From assembly GCA_964589945.1 (NCBI GenBank), contig CAZPVG010000001.1, positions 22,515 to 86,514 on the forward strand: a DNA stretch of 64,000 nt. Direction: 5' to 3'. Shown here piece after piece: positions 37,025 through 46,718 of the stretch; positions within the stretch are counted from its first letter, which is position 1, and each line of letters begins with the position of its first letter. The DNA comes from an uncultured bacterium (lineage in GTDB: Bacteria; Eisenbacteria; RBG-16-71-46). The position numbers and the translations under genes are program-made. The notes under the pieces were generated by a model. The model did not search any database. It was given only the letters and a program-made list of their open reading frames with translations, and was not told where the DNA came from.

Positions 37025-38226
37025 GCGCCGGGCCGTACACGCTCGAGGCGCTGCGCGCCGAGCCCAACGCGCTCGCGCCCTCCTACGCGCGCTTCCGCGT
37101 CTCGGAGCGCGTGCTGCTCACGGGACACTCGCACCAGGCGTGGCCCGACGCCGCCCGTGAGGGCCAGGTGGCCGCGTGGGACGACGCCGCGCGCGACGTG
37201 GACGACAAATGGGCGAACGCCTTCGCGCAGGCCGACCTCGTGCGCGAGGGGTTCGCGCGGCGGATCGGCGCGGCCACGGCCGAGGTGGCGCTCGGGCAGA
37301 ACACGCACGAGCTGGTCACGCGGTTCCTCTCGGCGCTGCCGCTCGAGGCGCGGCCGCGGCTCGTGACGACGGACGGCGAGTTCCACACGGTGCGGCGCCA
37401 GCTCGACCGGCTCGCCGAGACCGGGCGGCTGGAGGTCGCGCGCGTCGCCGCGCGGCCCGTCGAGGGCCTCGCCGCGCGGCTCGCCGACGCGGTGGACGCG
37501 CGCACCGCCGCGGTGCTGGTCTCCTCGGTGCTGTTCGAGACCGCCGAGATCGTGCCCGGCCTCGGCGCGCTCGCGGCGGCGTGCCGGGCGGCCGGTGCGG
37601 AGCTGCTCGTGGACGCGTACCACCAGGTCAACGTGGTGCCGTGCGACATCGCGGCCGACGGCCTCGCGGACGCCTTCGTCGTGGGCGGCGGCTACAAGTA
37701 CTGCCAGCTCGGCGAGGGCAACGCCTTCCTCCGCGTCCCGCCCGGGCGCGAGCGGCTGCGCCCCGTGCTCACCGGCTGGTTCGCCGAGTTCGCGCGCCTC
37801 GCCGACCGCCCGGCGGACGGCGTGCCCTACGGCGAGGGCCCCGCGCGCTGGGCCGGCTCGACGTGGGATCCCACCGCGCACTACCGCGCGGCGCGCGTGT
37901 TCGCTTTCTTCGACCGAGGCGCGCTGACGCCGCGGTTCCTCCGCGAGGTGAGCCGGCACCAGGTCGGGCGACTCGCGGCCGCGTTCGACGCCCTCGGCCT
38001 CGACCCGGGCGTGGTCGCGCGCGAGCGCGGGAGGCCGCTCGAGCGGCTCGGCGGATTCCTCGCGCTGCGATCGCCGCGCGCCGCGGAGCTGTGCGCCGCG
38101 CTGCGAACGCGCGGCGTGTGGACGGATCATCGCGGGCAGGTGCTGCGGCTCGGACCGGCCCCGTACCTCTCCGACGCCCAGCTCGACCGGGCCGTCGAAG
38201 TCCTCGGCCAGGCCGCCCGCTCCTGA
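37021..38226 (+). CDS. kynU: kynureninase (PLP-dependent, class-V aminotransferase fold)
   Basis: GTG at 37021 overlaps the kynA stop (GTGA). FVVGGGYKYCQLGEGNAFLRVPP...LTGWFAE aligns with Pseudomonas kynureninase [24 protein letters not shown]...LSGWFGH, including the PLP lysine. Confidence 0.75.
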   Translation: MSAGPYTLEALRAEPNALAPSYARFRVSERVLLTGHSHQAWPDAAREGQVAAWDDAARDVDDKWANAFAQADLVREGFARRIGAATAEVALGQNTHELVTRFLSALPLEARPRLVTTDGEFHTVRRQLDRLAETGRLEVARVAARPVEGLAARLADAVDARTAAVLVSSVLFETAEIVPGLGALAAACRAAGAELLVDAYHQVNVVPCDIAADGLADAFVVGGGYKYCQLGEGNAFLRVPPGRERLRPVLTGWFAEFARLADRPADGVPYGEGPARWAGSTWDPTAHYRAARVFAFFDRGALTPRFLREVSRHQVGRLAAAFDALGLDPGVVARERGRPLERLGGFLALRSPRAAELCAALRTRGVWTDHRGQVLRLGPAPYLSDAQLDRAVEVLGQAARS

Positions 38227-38492
38227 TTGCGGCCCCTCCAGGGGCTGCCGATTCCGGTCCCCGGCATGGGCCCACATCGGTCTATTCCACGGGACTGCGT
38301 CGACCGAGAACCCGATGCCGTTCAAGCGATCCGCTGCATTTCCTGAACAGGAACAAAACGTGTTTGCTCCCCGGGGACCGGGTGGCGTCGGCGTTCTCCA
38401 TCCGTCAGACCTGACCGCCAAGTCGTTTGACCCAAGCACGAAACGGAAGGCAACTCTTGGCATCCGCCCGGAGAATGGCGTAGTTTCAGAGC

Positions 38493-39332
38493 ATGTCCGG
38501 AGCCGAAACGCGCACAAAGCCGACGCCACGAGCGTCCGCCGACGACCCGGTCGCGAGCCGGATCCGGCTTCGACGGCTCGAGCTGGGCTGGTCGCTCAAG
38601 CGACTGAGTGAGGCGACCGGCGGCCTCGCGCCCTCGTTCCTGTTCAACATCGAGAACGGGCGCAAGGTGCCGAGCGAGGACGTCGCGGCGCGTATCGCGC
38701 ACGCGCTCGAGGACGGGCAGTACGAAGCCACGTACCGGGCCTGGGCGCGCGCGAAGAGCCGGGGCCGCACGGGCCGCATCGACCACGACGCGATGCTGCG
38801 GGCGTGGGAGCAGCTCCGGAACCCGTTCGGCGGGTCTCCTTCGGAGACGCTCGAAGTTCCGGCTCCCCCGCCGACGAACGGCGCGCCTTCGCGCGACGGC
38901 AGCCGCCTGCGGGTGCCCGTGCTCGCCTCCCCGCGCGATCCCGGCGACACCGTGCGCCCCGTGCCCGAGATGATCATCAACACGCTGAGCCTGGACCCGA
39001 GCCTGTGGGGCCACGACGCGGCCCTCGCGCGGGAACGGTTCGAGAGGCTCCGCCGCCCCTTCGCCTATCCGCTCGACGACGAGCAGGCGGCCCGCGTTTC
39101 GATGCCCGGCGGCTACCTCGCGGTGGTCACCCGCGAGCCCGTCGAGGCGCCCGACCCGCGCGCGGCGTACGTGATGCACCACGACGACCGGCTCGAGGTG
39201 GTCGGCGGCGACGCGCTGGCGGGCGGCCCGATCCCGCCGGCGCTGCGGCGCGCGGGGCTCGACACCGCGGAGAAGCTGATCGCCGCCGTGATCGGCCGCA
39301 TCGACCTGATCCTGCCCGACGTCCGCCAGTGA
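38493..39332 (+). CDS. XRE-family helix-turn-helix transcriptional regulator with uncharacterised C-terminal domain
   Basis: IRLRRLELGWSLKRLSEATGGLAPSFLFNIENGRKVPSEDVAARIAHAL is a Cro/C1-type HTH. The C-terminal about 170 aa has only weak resemblance to LexA/S24-like folds (RVPVLASP...VSMPGGYLAVV). Confidence 0.7.
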   Translation: MSGAETRTKPTPRASADDPVASRIRLRRLELGWSLKRLSEATGGLAPSFLFNIENGRKVPSEDVAARIAHALEDGQYEATYRAWARAKSRGRTGRIDHDAMLRAWEQLRNPFGGSPSETLEVPAPPPTNGAPSRDGSRLRVPVLASPRDPGDTVRPVPEMIINTLSLDPSLWGHDAALARERFERLRRPFAYPLDDEQAARVSMPGGYLAVVTREPVEAPDPRAAYVMHHDDRLEVVGGDALAGGPIPPALRRAGLDTAEKLIAAVIGRIDLILPDVRQ

Positions 39333-39366
39333 CGCGGCGCGGGGTGGTCGGGCCGGGCCGTCGGGC

Positions 39367-40656
39367 GTGAGCCCGGCCGCGGCGCCCGGAAGTGGCGGGG
39401 GCCCCTTCCGCGTCGCCCCGATCGAGGCGCCGACGCGCGAGTCGGTGAAGCCGCGCGCCCCCGAGGAGCGTCCGCCGATCGAGCCCTACCGCGTGCTCTT
39501 CCCGCTCGGGGCGCTGATCGCGATCGCCGGGGTGCTGCCCTGGGTGCCCGCGGCGTTCGCCCGCGGGCCCTGGCCCGGGACGCTGCACGCGGACCTCATG
39601 ATCCAGGGCTTCGAGCTCTGCTTCGTCGCCGGCTTCCTGCTCACCGCGATGCCGGCCTTCACGCACGGCGCGAAGTGCCGCACCTGGGAGCTGGCTTCGG
39701 CCGTCACGGGCGCCGCAGCCTTCGCCTCGCTGCGCGCGCTCGGGCTCGAGGTCGCGGCCGGCGCCGTGTTCGCCGGCACGCTGCTCCTCACGATGGTCGC
39801 GATCGCCCGCCGCGTGCGGCCCGGCGCGGCCGCGCCGCCCGAGGAGTTCCTGCTCGTCGGGACGGGCCTCGCGCTCGGCGTGCTCGGCGGCGTTCTGGAG
39901 TCGCTCGTCGCGGCGGGCGTGCTCGCCGAGCCCGTTCCACGATTCGCCTCGCGCCTCGTCTCGCGCGGCACGATGCCCGCCCTCGTGCTCGGGCTGGGCG
40001 GGCTCCTCGTCCCGACGTTCGCGATGATGAAGGACCCGCTCGCCATCGCGGGCGTCGCGCGCGCGGGCGAGCGGCTGCCGCGAAGGGCATTCGCGCTCTC
40101 GATCGCCGCGCTGCTCGTCGGCGCGCTCGCCTGCGAGGCGAGGGGCGCGCCGGCGCTCGGCGCCTGGGTGCGCGCGGCGGCGGGCCTCGCGAGCACGATG
40201 CTCGCCTGGAAGCTCTGGCGGCGGCCCGGCCGCAACGTTCGCCTGTCGTGGGCGCTGTGGGCGTCGGGATGGTGCGTTGCGCTCGGGCTCGTGGCCGCCG
40301 CGGCGTTCCCGGGGGCGGAGATCGCCGCCTGGCACGTCGTCTTCGTGGGCGGCTACGGGCTGCTCACGCTCGCCATCGCGACCCGCGTCGTCGTCTCGCA
40401 CGGGGGACACGCGCTCGCCGAGGAGGGCCGGGTGCTCGGCGCCGGCGTGCTGGGCGGCGTCGCGCTCGCGCTGGTGCTGCGCGTCTCGTCCCCGGGGCTC
40501 GCGCCGGCCGACCTGGCGCGCGACGCCGTCGCCGCGCTCGCGTGGGCCGCCGCCTGGGCGGCCTGGCTCGTAGGGGCCTGGCCCCGGGTGCGGCGCCCGG
40601 CGCGGCCGGCACTGGTTCCCGCGCCCGCGCGGCCGTCACGCCCGGACCGGCGCTGA
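39367..40656 (+). CDS. NnrS-family heme-copper membrane protein (NO-stress associated)
   Basis: Ten or more TM helices. LHADLMIQGFELCFVAGFLLTAMPAFTHG matches the NnrS signature (H..l.ifGf....i.GFLLTA...). The start is uncertain: GTG at 39367 or GTG at 39445. Confidence 0.65.
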   Translation: MSPAAAPGSGGGPFRVAPIEAPTRESVKPRAPEERPPIEPYRVLFPLGALIAIAGVLPWVPAAFARGPWPGTLHADLMIQGFELCFVAGFLLTAMPAFTHGAKCRTWELASAVTGAAAFASLRALGLEVAAGAVFAGTLLLTMVAIARRVRPGAAAPPEEFLLVGTGLALGVLGGVLESLVAAGVLAEPVPRFASRLVSRGTMPALVLGLGGLLVPTFAMMKDPLAIAGVARAGERLPRRAFALSIAALLVGALACEARGAPALGAWVRAAAGLASTMLAWKLWRRPGRNVRLSWALWASGWCVALGLVAAAAFPGAEIAAWHVVFVGGYGLLTLAIATRVVVSHGGHALAEEGRVLGAGVLGGVALALVLRVSSPGLAPADLARDAVAALAWAAAWAAWLVGAWPRVRRPARPALVPAPARPSRPDRR

Positions 40657-40666
40657 CGCGCCCGGA

Positions 40667-41365
40667 TCAGCTGCGGCCGAACTCGTCCCCCGCCGGGGCT
40701 TCCTCGGCGTGATGCTTGATGACCCGCGCCTCGGCGATGAACACGACCTCCTCGGCGATGTTCGTCGCGAGGTCGCCGATCCGCTCGAGGTTGCGGCTCA
40801 CGAGCACGAGCGTCATGGCGGGCTCGATGTCGCCCGGGTTCGCGACCATGCGCGCGAGCAGCTCGCCGAACAGGCGGCGGTTGAGGTGGTCCACCTCGTC
40901 GTCGCGCCGGCACAGCCGGCGGGCCGAGTCGGCGTCGCGCCGCACGAACGCGTCGAGCGCGTCGCGCAGCATCCCGATCGCCCCCTCGGTCATCTGCCCG
41001 AGGTCCGGCAGCGGGCGGAGGGCCGGCCACCTCACGAGCTCCTGCGCGCAGCCCGCGATGTTGACCCCGTGATCACCGACGCGCTCGAGGTCATTCGAGA
41101 TCTTGATCGCCGACGTGATGAGCCGCAGGTCGCGCGCGAGCGGCTGCTGGAGCGCGAGCAGGCCGATGCAGCGCTCTTCGATCTCGATCTCGAGCCGGTC
41201 GATGGCCCGGTCGTCCGCGCGCACTTCGGCGGCCAGGGCGGCGTCGCGGCGCTGCAACGCCTCGACCGCCTTGCGCACGATGCGCTCGGAGAGGCCGCTC
41301 ATCTGGAGGAGCTGGGTCTTCAGCTCGTCGATCTGCTGCTCGAAGTGCCGTTCCATCGTCCCCAT
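40667..41365 (-). CDS. phoU: phosphate signalling complex protein PhoU
   Basis: Two PhoU repeats (ERIVRKAVEAL...DDRAIDRLEIEIEERCIGLLA... and ...DDEVDHLNRRLFGELLARM...RIGDLATNIAEEVVF). Immediately downstream of pstB. Start ATG at 41365 (alternative 41356). Confidence 0.85.
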   Translation of the reverse strand: MGTMERHFEQQIDELKTQLLQMSGLSERIVRKAVEALQRRDAALAAEVRADDRAIDRLEIEIEERCIGLLALQQPLARDLRLITSAIKISNDLERVGDHGVNIAGCAQELVRWPALRPLPDLGQMTEGAIGMLRDALDAFVRRDADSARRLCRRDDEVDHLNRRLFGELLARMVANPGDIEPAMTLVLVSRNLERIGDLATNIAEEVVFIAEARVIKHHAEEAPAGDEFGRS

Positions 41366-41415
41366 CGGACTCGAGGGTTCCGACGCCGCGCGCCGGCTGT
41401 CGTCGTGCCCGGAGA

Positions 41416-42294
41416 TCACCCGAACCGTCCCGTGATGTATTCCTCGGTGAGGTGCTCCCGGGGGTTCGTGAAGATCTGCCGCGTGTCGCCGGTTTCGACC
41501 AGGTGGCCCTGCATCAGGAACGCGGTGCGGTCCGAGACGCGCGCGGCCTGCTGCATGTTGTGGGTGACGATCACGATGGTATAGCGATCCTTGAGCCGGA
41601 GCACGAGTTCTTCGACGCGGGTGGTCGAGGCCGGGTCGAGCGCGGAGGCGGGCTCGTCCATGAGCAGGACCTCGGGCTCGACGGCGATGCAGCGCGCGAT
41701 GCAGAGCCTCTGCTGTTGCCCCCCCGACAGCCGGTGCGCGGGCAGGCCCAGCCGGTCGTGGACTTCGTCCCAGAGCGCCGCGTCGCGCAGGCTGGACTCG
41801 ACGCGCCGCTCGAGCTCGCCCCGGTTGCGAAGGCCGCCGAGGCGCAGTCCGTAGGCGACGTTGTCGAACACCGACATCGGGAAAGGATTCGGGCGCTGGA
41901 ACACCATTCCGACCCGGCGACGCAGGTCCACGACGTTCGTCGCGGGCGAGAGCAGGTCGAGCGGGCCGAGCCGGATCTCGCCGCTCGTGCGCACGCCCGG
42001 GATGAGGTCGTTCATCCGGTTGTACGAACGCAGCAGCGTGCTCTTGCCGCAGCCGGAGGGACCGATGATGGCGGTCACGCTGTGCTCGAGGATGTCGAGC
42101 GTGATGCCCTTGAGCACCTCGTGCACGCCGTAGCTCAGGCGGAAGTCGCGCGTGACGAGGTGCGGCGCCCGCGTCGCCGGGGCGGCATCGCCCTCCCGGG
42201 ACGCGGCCGCCACCGGCCGCGGCGGAAGCGCGGCCGGTCCGGGGGCCGGGGAAGCGGCCGGCCTGGTCGTCGGGGGGTTCTCGAGCATCGTCAT
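41416..42294 (-). CDS. pstB: phosphate ABC transporter ATP-binding protein
   Basis: [13 protein letters not shown] Walker [17 protein letters not shown] signature and [12 protein letters not shown] Walker B. ATG overlaps the pstA stop (ATGA). About 45-aa low-complexity N-terminal extension. Confidence 0.9.
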   Translation of the reverse strand: MTMLENPPTTRPAASPAPGPAALPPRPVAAASREGDAAPATRAPHLVTRDFRLSYGVHEVLKGITLDILEHSVTAIIGPSGCGKSTLLRSYNRMNDLIPGVRTSGEIRLGPLDLLSPATNVVDLRRRVGMVFQRPNPFPMSVFDNVAYGLRLGGLRNRGELERRVESSLRDAALWDEVHDRLGLPAHRLSGGQQQRLCIARCIAVEPEVLLMDEPASALDPASTTRVEELVLRLKDRYTIVIVTHNMQQAARVSDRTAFLMQGHLVETGDTRQIFTNPREHLTEEYITGRFG

Positions 42295-43151
42295 GGGTTC
42301 CGCCGGGCCACCACGCGCATCGCCGCCGACAGCGCGGCCACCACGAGGATGAGCGTCAGCGCGCCGGTCCAGGCCTGGGCGTTCCAGTCCGGGTACGGGG
42401 CGCGAGCATAGTCGAAGATCATCACCGGCAGCGAGGCGATCGGCTGGTCGAGCCTCGTGGACCAGAAGCGGTTGCCGAGCGCCGTGAAGAGCAGCGGCGC
42501 GGTCTCGCCCGCGGCCCGGGCGATCGCGAGCAGGCAGGCGGTCGTGATGCCGCCACGGGCCGCGGGAAGGACGATCTGGTGGATCACCTTCCAGCGCGGG
42601 GCCCCGAGCGCGAGCGCCGCGTGGCGGTACGACTGGGGCACCAGGCGGACGACCTCCTCGGTCGCGCGCACGATCGTCGGCAGCATCAGGATGCCCAGCG
42701 CGATGCCGCCGGCGATCGCGGAGAACCGTCCCATGGGCACGACCACGAGCCCGAACACCGCGACGCCCACGACGATGGACGGCACGCCGGCGAGGACGTC
42801 GTTCACGAGGCGCACGAGCGTGGCCATGCGGCCCCGGCCGATCTCGGCGAGGTAGAGCCCGGCGCCGATGCCGAGCGGAACGGCGAACGCGGCGCCGATC
42901 GCGACCAGGACGAGGGTGCCCACGACCGCATTTGCCATGCCGCCGCCGGGCTCGCCCACGGGCTTCGGCAGGTGGGTGAAGAACTCCGGTCGCAGCCCGG
43001 CGCCGCCCGCGCGCACGAGGTGCGCGAGGATGAGCAGGAGCGGCGCGACGACGACGAGCGCCGCGAGCAGGCAGAGCGCGGTCACGCCGTGGTCCGCGAG
43101 CTGGCGCAGGCGCGTCCGGCGCGCCACCGCGTCAGGCCGCGCCGGCGACAT
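42291..43151 (-). CDS. pstA: phosphate ABC transporter permease PstA
   Basis: 6 TM helices with the EAA-like loop ([17 protein letters not shown]). Sits between pstC and pstB. Confidence 0.9.
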   Translation of the reverse strand: MSPARPDAVARRTRLRQLADHGVTALCLLAALVVVAPLLLILAHLVRAGGAGLRPEFFTHLPKPVGEPGGGMANAVVGTLVLVAIGAAFAVPLGIGAGLYLAEIGRGRMATLVRLVNDVLAGVPSIVVGVAVFGLVVVPMGRFSAIAGGIALGILMLPTIVRATEEVVRLVPQSYRHAALALGAPRWKVIHQIVLPAARGGITTACLLAIARAAGETAPLLFTALGNRFWSTRLDQPIASLPVMIFDYARAPYPDWNAQAWTGALTLILVVAALSAAMRVVARRNP

Positions 43152-44148
43152 CGCGCACCCCCTTCGTCATGCGGTGGAGCACGAGGCGCGCGATCCCGTT
43201 GAGCACGAACGTCACCACGAACAGCGCCAGGGCGATCTCGATGAGGGCCGCCGTGTGCAGCTTCTCGGTCGCCTCGGTGAACTCGTTGGCGATGACGCTC
43301 GCCATCGTCGCGCCGGGCGCGAGCAGCGAGGCCGTCAGGCGGTTCGAGTTCCCGATCACCATCGTGACGGCCATGGTCTCGCCGAGCGCGCGTCCCAGGC
43401 CGAGGACGATCGCCCCCATCAGGCCGGGACGGGCACCGGCGAGCACGACGCCGATCGCCTCGGCGCGGGTGGCCCCCAGCGCGAGCGCGGCCTCGCGGAA
43501 CGCCGGCGGCATCGCGCGCAGCACCTCGCGCGCGAGTGACACGATGGTCGGCAGGACCATGATCGCGAGCACGATTCCCGCGTTCAGCACGCCGAGTCCG
43601 AAGGGAAAACCCTGGAAGAGCGGCAGGAAGCCGAAGTGCGCGATCAGCCACGGCTCGACGAGGCCGCGCAGCACCGGCGCGAGCACGAAGATGCCCCAGA
43701 GCCCGTAGACGATGCTGGGGATCGAGGCGAGCAACTCGATGAGGTACGAGAGCACCGTGTCCACTCGGCGCGGCGCCATCTCGGTCAGGTAGACCGCGGC
43801 CCCGAGACTCGCCGGTACGGCGAGGATCATCGCGAGCGCCGACGTCGTCAGCGTTCCCACCAGGTACGGCAGCGCGCCGAAGCGGCCCGCGACCGGGTCC
43901 CACTCCGTGCCGATGAAGAACCGCAGCCCGAAGGCCTGCAGCGACGGCAGCGCGCCCCGCCAGGTCTCGTAGACGAGCAGCAGGACGACCGCGAAGACCG
44001 AGCCCGCCGCGGCGGCGAGGAGCGCGGCGTGCGCGCCGTCCGCGAGGGGCGCGCGACGGGCGGCGCGCGCGGCGGCCGCACGGAGCGGGCTTCCGCCCGC
44101 CCCGCCGGTCGCCGCGCGGTCCGCGATGCCGCCGGTCGTCACGCTCAC
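43132..44148 (-). CDS. pstC: phosphate ABC transporter permease PstC
   Basis: GTG at 44148 overlaps the pstS stop (GTGA). ...LPYLVGTLTTSALAMILAVPASLGAAVYLTEMAP...LLASIPSIVYGLWG...GLGRALGETMAVTMVIGNS aligns along the length with E. coli PstC. The upstream part of the track ORF is antisense artefact. Confidence 0.85.
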   Translation of the reverse strand: MSVTTGGIADRAATGGAGGSPLRAAAARAARRAPLADGAHAALLAAAAGSVFAVVLLLVYETWRGALPSLQAFGLRFFIGTEWDPVAGRFGALPYLVGTLTTSALAMILAVPASLGAAVYLTEMAPRRVDTVLSYLIELLASIPSIVYGLWGIFVLAPVLRGLVEPWLIAHFGFLPLFQGFPFGLGVLNAGIVLAIMVLPTIVSLAREVLRAMPPAFREAALALGATRAEAIGVVLAGARPGLMGAIVLGLGRALGETMAVTMVIGNSNRLTASLLAPGATMASVIANEFTEATEKLHTAALIEIALALFVVTFVLNGIARLVLHRMTKGVRDVAGAA

Positions 44149-45191
44149 TTGGCCCCGAGCGGTTTGCCGGCCGCGAGGAGGGTCTTCAGCGAGTGCTCGT
44201 TCACCGCGACGAGCGAGGCGGGCAGCGGCGCGTAGTCGAGGTCCGCCGCGTACGACTGCCCGTCGTGCATCGCCCAGTTGATGAAGTTGGTGAGCTGGCG
44301 GGCGCGCGCGGGATCCTTCATGTCCTGGTAGACGAGCAGGAAGGTCAGCCCGCAGATCGGGTAGGCGCCCGGGTCGCCCGAGTTCACGATCGGCGTCCGC
44401 ACGTCCTTCTGGAGCTCCTTCGACACGCCGTCCATCGCCGCCGTGACCGCGGCCATCGTCGGCTCGACGTACTTCCCGGCCTTGTTCTGCAGGCTCGCGT
44501 ACGGGAGCCTGTTCTGCTTCGCGTACGCGAGCTCCACGTAGCCGATGGCGCCGGGCGTCTGCCGCACGACCCCCGAGACGCCGTCGTTGCCCTTGCCGCC
44601 GACGCCGGCCGGCCAGCTCACCGCCGTGCCGGACCCGACGCTCGACTTCCACCGGGGGCTCACCGCCGACAGGTACATCGTGAAGATGTTCGTCGTCCCG
44701 CTGCCGTCGGCGCGGTGCACCACGAGGATCGGCCCTTTCGGCAACGCAACGCCGGGATTCGCGGCGACGATGCGCCGGTCGTTCCACGCCTGGATGCGGC
44801 CGAGGTAGATGTCCGCCAGCACGTCGGGCGTGAGCTTCAGGCGACCCCTCAGCGTGGGCAGGTTGTACGCGAGCACGATCGCGCCGCCCACGGTCGGGAA
44901 GTGCACGACCCGCCTCGGCATCGCCTCGAGCGCGGCGTCGGACAACGCGGCGTCGCTCGCACCGAAGTCCACGGTCCCCGACTTCAGCTGCTGGATGCCG
45001 GCCCCGCTTCCGATGGACTGGTAGTTGATCGCGACGCCCGTCTTCTGGTGGTAGACGTCGAACCACTTCGAGTAGAGCGGGTACGGAAAGGTGGCGCCGG
45101 CCCCCGTGAGCTGCTGGGCGGCTCCGGGGCCCGCCAGGGCCGCGCCAGCGAGGAGGGCGAGCGCGGCGGCGATGCGAACGGGTCGGGTCAT
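44145..45191 (-). CDS. pstS: phosphate-binding periplasmic protein PstS
   Basis: AGGAAAGGA Shine-Dalgarno before ATG at 45191. Signal peptide MTRPVRIAAALALLAGAALA. ...GAGATFPYPLYSKWF...GSGAGI...GASDA...ADGSGTT... are PstS phosphate-binding motifs. Confidence 0.85.
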   Translation of the reverse strand: MTRPVRIAAALALLAGAALAGPGAAQQLTGAGATFPYPLYSKWFDVYHQKTGVAINYQSIGSGAGIQQLKSGTVDFGASDAALSDAALEAMPRRVVHFPTVGGAIVLAYNLPTLRGRLKLTPDVLADIYLGRIQAWNDRRIVAANPGVALPKGPILVVHRADGSGTTNIFTMYLSAVSPRWKSSVGSGTAVSWPAGVGGKGNDGVSGVVRQTPGAIGYVELAYAKQNRLPYASLQNKAGKYVEPTMAAVTAAMDGVSKELQKDVRTPIVNSGDPGAYPICGLTFLLVYQDMKDPARARQLTNFINWAMHDGQSYAADLDYAPLPASLVAVNEHSLKTLLAAGKPLGAK

Positions 45192-45214
45192 GGTCTTCGT
45201 TCCTTTCCTGCGGC

Positions 45215-46333
45215 TCAGGATTGGGGCCTGCTGAACTTGTAGTAGAAGGTCAGGCGCGCCTGCAGGTCGTGGTGCGGCGGCACGACGCCGGCGCCGACGC
45301 GGCGGTACTGCATCGCCTCGACGTTCGGCATGACGTGGACGTTCTTCGTCGGCTGCCAGTCCACGCCCGCGATCCAGAGCTGCTGCCGGACGCGGTTCGG
45401 GGCGTTCCGGTCCGGGTCCCACAGGTCGACCCGGGCGAAGCCCGCGAGGTCGGGCCGGGGCGCGATGCGCGCGAAGATCGAGTGCCCGACCTGGTCCACG
45501 TACGGGCCCGTGGCGGTGTGCTGCACGTACTGGACGAACTCGTACCCGACCGCGCCGTGCCGGGGCAGGTCGTAGCCGGCGAACAGCTTCCACGTCGCCC
45601 GGTCGCGGTGGCCGTACACGTTCTCGTAGTCGGCGTAGGGCTCGACGCGCAGGGCCTTCCAGCGGAGCGGCAGCGCGAGGCCGACGCGCTTCTGGCGGTT
45701 CGTCTCGCTCCGGTTGCCCGTTCCGTTGGCGACCATCACCGCGTAGCCGGCGTGCCGCCCGGGATCCACCGCGCCCTTGAGCACGAAGCCCTGGTCCGCC
45801 GACGGCCCGACTCCGCGGAAGTCGGCGATCGTCTTCTCGATCGCGCGATGGCCCCAGTAGCCCTCGGAGTTCTCGAACATCGGCGTCGTCACGATGCCGA
45901 CGTAGAGGTCCGCGTGCGTGTAGAGGTTCTTCACGGCGAGGTAGGCGGCCTTCACGGCCACGCCGATCTTGCCGTCGGAGGTGAGCGACCTGCCGTCCGC
46001 CTCGAGGCGGAAGCGGGTCGCGTACTTCGCGCTGAGGTCGTTGTCGAGCTGGAAGTACGCCCGGCGCATCTGGAAGCCGTTCAGGTCGCGGGTGACGACC
46101 TTCTTGCCGTCGATGTTCGCCTGGCCGAGGTCGTTGCCGGCCGCGTCGTAGACGTGCGCGGGGTCTCCGGAAAGGTTGTCGTACCAGTCCCCGAAGATGT
46201 AGCCGCTGATCTTGCCGCGCGGGAAGTCCGATGGAGTCGGCGCCACGGCCGTGGGCGTGGCCGCCTGCTGGGCGTGCGCGAGCGTCGCAACCAGGAGGAG
46301 GCAGAGGGTCCAGCTGGCGACGGGTGCTCTCAT
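45215..46333 (-). CDS. phosphate-selective porin O/P family outer-membrane protein
   Basis: Signal peptide MRAPVASWTLCLLLVATLAHA. Beta-barrel pattern ending ...RLTFYYKF. Immediately upstream of pstSCAB-phoU on the same strand, like OprO/OprP in Pho regulons. Confidence 0.75.
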   Translation of the reverse strand: MRAPVASWTLCLLLVATLAHAQQAATPTAVAPTPSDFPRGKISGYIFGDWYDNLSGDPAHVYDAAGNDLGQANIDGKKVVTRDLNGFQMRRAYFQLDNDLSAKYATRFRLEADGRSLTSDGKIGVAVKAAYLAVKNLYTHADLYVGIVTTPMFENSEGYWGHRAIEKTIADFRGVGPSADQGFVLKGAVDPGRHAGYAVMVANGTGNRSETNRQKRVGLALPLRWKALRVEPYADYENVYGHRDRATWKLFAGYDLPRHGAVGYEFVQYVQHTATGPYVDQVGHSIFARIAPRPDLAGFARVDLWDPDRNAPNRVRQQLWIAGVDWQPTKNVHVMPNVEAMQYRRVGAGVVPPHHDLQARLTFYYKFSRPQS

Positions 46334-46490
46334 GTTCCGGTCGGGTCCTCTCGTGGGCCGGTCACCGCGCGTCACGGGTGGCGGCCTGTGTCCGGTCGTC
46401 GCTCGAGGGCCTGAGGGAGCGATGCGGGGATGGGGCCGGCGAACCGGCCGGGGGAAACCGTGCCCGGGACCCGTCGGGACGGGCCGCTGT

Positions 46491-46718
46491 TCATCGCGCG
46501 TCGTCGTTCCTCCGCGTGCGCCGCGTGTCGAGCGAGCGGCGGCGCGCCGACTGGACGACCCGCTCGTAGTCGATTCCCGCGGCGGCGAGCGCCGCGCTCC
46601 AGCTGCCCCACATGCGGCGGGCGCGTGCGTAGAGTGCGGGCTGCTCGAGGTGCACGCGGAACATCCGGCCGTCCCGCGCCGCCTCGCGGATCAGGTCGAG
46701 CGCCCGGGCGCGTTCCAT
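46491..46718 (-). CDS. small protein with homing-endonuclease-associated (HNH_repeat-like) motif
   Basis: MERARALDLIREAARDGRMFRVHLEQPALYARARRMWGSWSAALAAAGIDYERV: the ...Y.rarr.WGSWs.Al.aAGi core resembles the FGSW..Al.aAG motif of HNH_repeat/HEARO-type ORFs. The start is uncertain: an in-frame GTG at 46796 would add 26 aa. Confidence 0.45.
   Translation of the reverse strand: MERARALDLIREAARDGRMFRVHLEQPALYARARRMWGSWSAALAAAGIDYERVVQSARRRSLDTRRTRRNDDAR

Noticed and set aside
38355-38373. Possible LexA/Cheo-type SOS box (GAACAAAACGTGTTTGCTC) upstream of the XRE regulator
   Set aside because: Only 12 of 19 positions are self-complementary, and the spacing does not fit CTGT-N8-ACAG or GAAC-N4-GTTC consensus. 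Kept only as part of the operator-candidate finding, not called as an SOS box.
38322-39182. 286-aa minus-strand ORF overlapping the XRE regulator
   Set aside because: Antisense to a gene with a clear HTH. Composition is typical of high-GC spurious ORFs.
44149-45066. N-terminal 300-aa extension of the pstC ORF
   Set aside because: It is antisense to pstS. PstC homology and the GTGA coupling with the pstS stop begin at 44148.
46361-46375. Pho-box call upstream of the porin gene (GTCAC-N5-GTCAC)
   Set aside because: Not annotated as a feature. Periodicity is 10 rather than 11 bp, only the GTCAC core matches CTGTCAC, and it lies within about 30-40 nt of the start codon instead of at -35. Mentioned in a finding as a weak candidate only.
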